Source: Leucoraja ocellata (taxonomy: Eukaryota). Taken from it: a stretch of DNA of 64,000 nt. Positions 62,461 to 64,000 of this stretch are shown piece by piece. Every line of letters starts with the position of its first letter. The stretch's first letter is position 1. Location of the stretch: positions 3,286,001 to 3,350,000 of the forward strand of contig JAWMAR010000188.1 of the NCBI GenBank assembly GCA_036785375.1. Direction: 5' to 3'. The position numbers and the translations under genes were made by a program. The notes below the pieces were generated by a model that saw only the letters and a program-made list of their open reading frames with translations, did no database searches and had not been told where the DNA came from.

Positions 62461-62982
62461 ACCTATATTTACAATATATTTAAAGCTTCCTCACACCATA
62501 GCAGGCATTTAAAGATTTTTATTTCAGAGCCCAAAGCTTTCTCATCTCCTGAATGCTAATAATAACTGAGAACAGAGTGGAATAGGGGTGGTGTTAAGAG
62601 AGAACAAAAAGTTAGTCAACTAGTTTGCAGTAGGTATGTGGTAACCATTCCATGATATTTCTGCCATATTAACGGTTCCAGAAATAATTTAAGTTTACAG
62701 AAACTTTAGATCACCCACTTAAATAAACAAATTCTCATGTACATTATTCTTCTCACAAGTCTCGTTATTCCAATCATACCTTAAGATTTATCTCGACTAG
62801 AATAATCTCATGAAATGTCATGGAAAGAATTTGGATTAACCAAAGGGATGTACCGAACTAAGGAATTTGCCCATTAATTAATGTTATTTTTTGAACAATC
62901 ATAAAAGAACCGGTGTGGGAAAGAACTGTCGGATAGATAAAAAATGCTGGAGTAACAGGCAGCATCTCTGGAGAGAAGGAAT

Positions 62983-63017
62983 GGGTGACGTTTCCGGTCG
63001 ACACCATTCTTCAGACT
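62983..63017 (-). ncRNA. Minimal type I hammerhead ribozyme motif (Penelope-associated), copy 1
   Basis: - strand: GT-CTGAAGA-A-TGGT-GTCG-ACCG-GAAAC-GTC-ACCC. Confidence 0.65.
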
Positions 63018-63084
63018 GCTATCAGGGGAGTGGGCGGTACAGTCTATAGATAAGGAAATGTAAGGTGTGAAAACAGGACAAAGG

Positions 63085-64000
63085 GAATGGAGCGAAGGAA
63101 ATAGGCAACGTTTCGGGCCGAAACCCTTCTTCAGACTGATCAGGGGTGGGGGTGGGTGGGGACAAGAAAGGGAAAAGGAGGAGTAGCCGGAAGGCTGGAG
63201 GGTGGGAGGAGACAGCAGGGGAGCTGAGGAAGGGGAGGAGACAGCAAGGACTAACAGAATTGGGAGAAGTCGATGTTCATGCCCCCGGGGTGCAGACTCC
63301 CCAAACGGAATATGAGGTGCTGTTCCTCCAATTTCCGGTGCTGCTCGCTGTGGCCATGGAGGAGACCCAGGACAGAGAGGTCGGAGGCGGAGTGGGAGGG
63401 GGAGTTGAAGTGCTGAGCCACCGGGAGGTCAGCTAGGTTATTGCGGACCGAGCGGAGGTGTTCGGCGAAACGATCGCCCAACCTCCGCTTGGTCTCACCG
63501 ATATAGATCTGCTGACATCTAGAGCAGCGGACGCAATAGATGAGGTTGGAAGAGATGCAGGTAAACCTCTGTCGCACCTGGAACGATTGCTTGGGGTGGA
63601 GATGGGGAGATGTAACTAGTAGTGGGATCTCGTTGCAACCCAAGCAATCGTTCCAGGTGCGACAGAGGTTTACCTGCATCTCTTCCAACCTCATCTATTG
63701 CGTCCGCTGCTCTAGATGTCAGCAGATCTATATCGGTGAGACCAAGCGGAGGTTGGGCGATCGTTTCGCCGAACACCTCCGCTCGGTCCGCAATAACCTA
63801 GCTGACCTCCCGGTGGCTCAGCACTTCAACTCCCCCTCCCACTCCGCCTCCGACCTCTCTGTCCTGGGTCTCCTCCATGGCCACAGCGAGCAGCACCGGA
63901 AATTGGAGGAACAGCACCTCATATTCCGTTTGGGGAGTCTGCACCCCGGGGGCATGAACATCGACTTCTCCCAATTCTGTTAGTCCTTGCTGTCTCCTCC
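63085..64000. mobile_element. Penelope-like element: GIY-YIG endonuclease 3' region present as a perfect inverted repeat (arms 63234-63595 / 63639-64000, truncated by the window end)
   Basis: FTCISSNLIYCVRCSRCQQIYIGETKRRLGDRFAEH on both strands (ORFs 63251-63694 - and 63540-63983 +). Confidence 0.93.
63104..63137 (-). ncRNA. Minimal type I hammerhead ribozyme motif (Penelope-associated), copy 2
   Basis: - strand: GT-CTGAAGA-A-GGGT-TTCG-GCCC-GAAAC-GTT-GCC. Confidence 0.68.

Noticed and set aside
63540-63983. Host GIY-YIG nuclease gene
   Set aside because: Start region comes from the opposite palindrome arm; intronless Penelope 3' fragment without RT.

Overview
Vertebrate genomic DNA, most likely a cartilaginous fish (skate/ray-like repeat mix of CR1, Penelope, Tc1 and Helitron elements; this assignment is inference). 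The + strand carries the 3' half of CSTF2 (CstF-64, polyadenylation factor): seven core exons from 864 to the stop at 42785, a duplicated 57-nt cassette exon, a candidate 141-nt exon missed by the ORF track, and a GC-AG intron. After a 200-N gap (42821-43020) lies a six-exon divergent MFF (mitochondrial fission factor)/FATE1-family gene (46595-59791, +), invisible in the ORF track, with one apparent 1-nt frameshift. Introns are packed with CR1, L2, Gypsy remnants, Tc1 elements, MITEs and Helitrons. Two ~1.5-1.7 kb tRNA-Met-containing DNA-transposon copies sit inverted around a CSTF2 exon. The window ends in a perfect Penelope GIY-YIG inverted repeat next to two tandem minimal hammerhead-ribozyme motifs. 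Most ORFs in the track are repeat-derived or spurious. Comparisons to human proteins are from memory, not from a search.
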